This document shows positions 63,893-64,000 of a stretch of DNA of 64,000 nucleotides, in pieces. Position 1 is the first letter of the stretch; each line of letters begins with the position of its first letter. A program made the position numbers and the translations under genes. The stretch lies in NCBI GenBank assembly GCA_013265495.1, contig MU061804.1, positions 868,001 to 932,000 of the forward strand, given 5' to 3'. The stretch comes from Vicugna vicugna. Its lineage: Eukaryota. The notes beneath the pieces are model-generated. The model was not told the origin of the DNA. It was given only the letters and a program-made list of their open reading frames with translations, and did not search any database.

Positions 63893-64000
63893 GTCTATGC
63901 GCAGAGGGAGTCGTGATGGCAGGCCCAGACGAGGAGGGAGAAGCAGTGAGAAACGGGGGAGAGCGCTGGATCCCACTTGCGAGGGAACTGAAGACAGCGA

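Overview
Mammalian genomic DNA covering the 5' part of CACNA1C (Cav1.2 L-type calcium channel alpha-1C) on the minus strand. Two coding exons are present: exon 2 (57017-57338, 322 nt) and exon 3 (53457-53562, 106 nt). They are separated by a 3,454-nt minor-spliceosome (U12-type, GT-AG) intron. The rest is intronic: the last ~6.7 kb of intron 1 (57339-64000) and the first ~53.5 kb of the very long intron 3 (1-53456), with an 848-nt N gap. The L1 3'-end relics and the lack of Alu, B1/B2, PRE-1, Bov-tA, CHR or Can-SINE elements suggest a camelid (inference from recalled consensus sequences). The window looks very GC- and CpG-rich (by eye, not computed). Exon codons and transposon relics appear shifted from A/T to G/C, consistent with strong GC-biased gene conversion, and short AT-rich islands stand out as candidate constrained elements. 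Apart from the two tracks that overlap exons 2 and 3, I recognised no real protein among the long ORFs. I found no RNA genes, no CRISPR array and no clearly new biological system. The best leads are the U12 intron with an internal U2-type donor, the GC-drift signature including two amino-acid changes, two cryptic-exon candidates and several motif-bearing islands.
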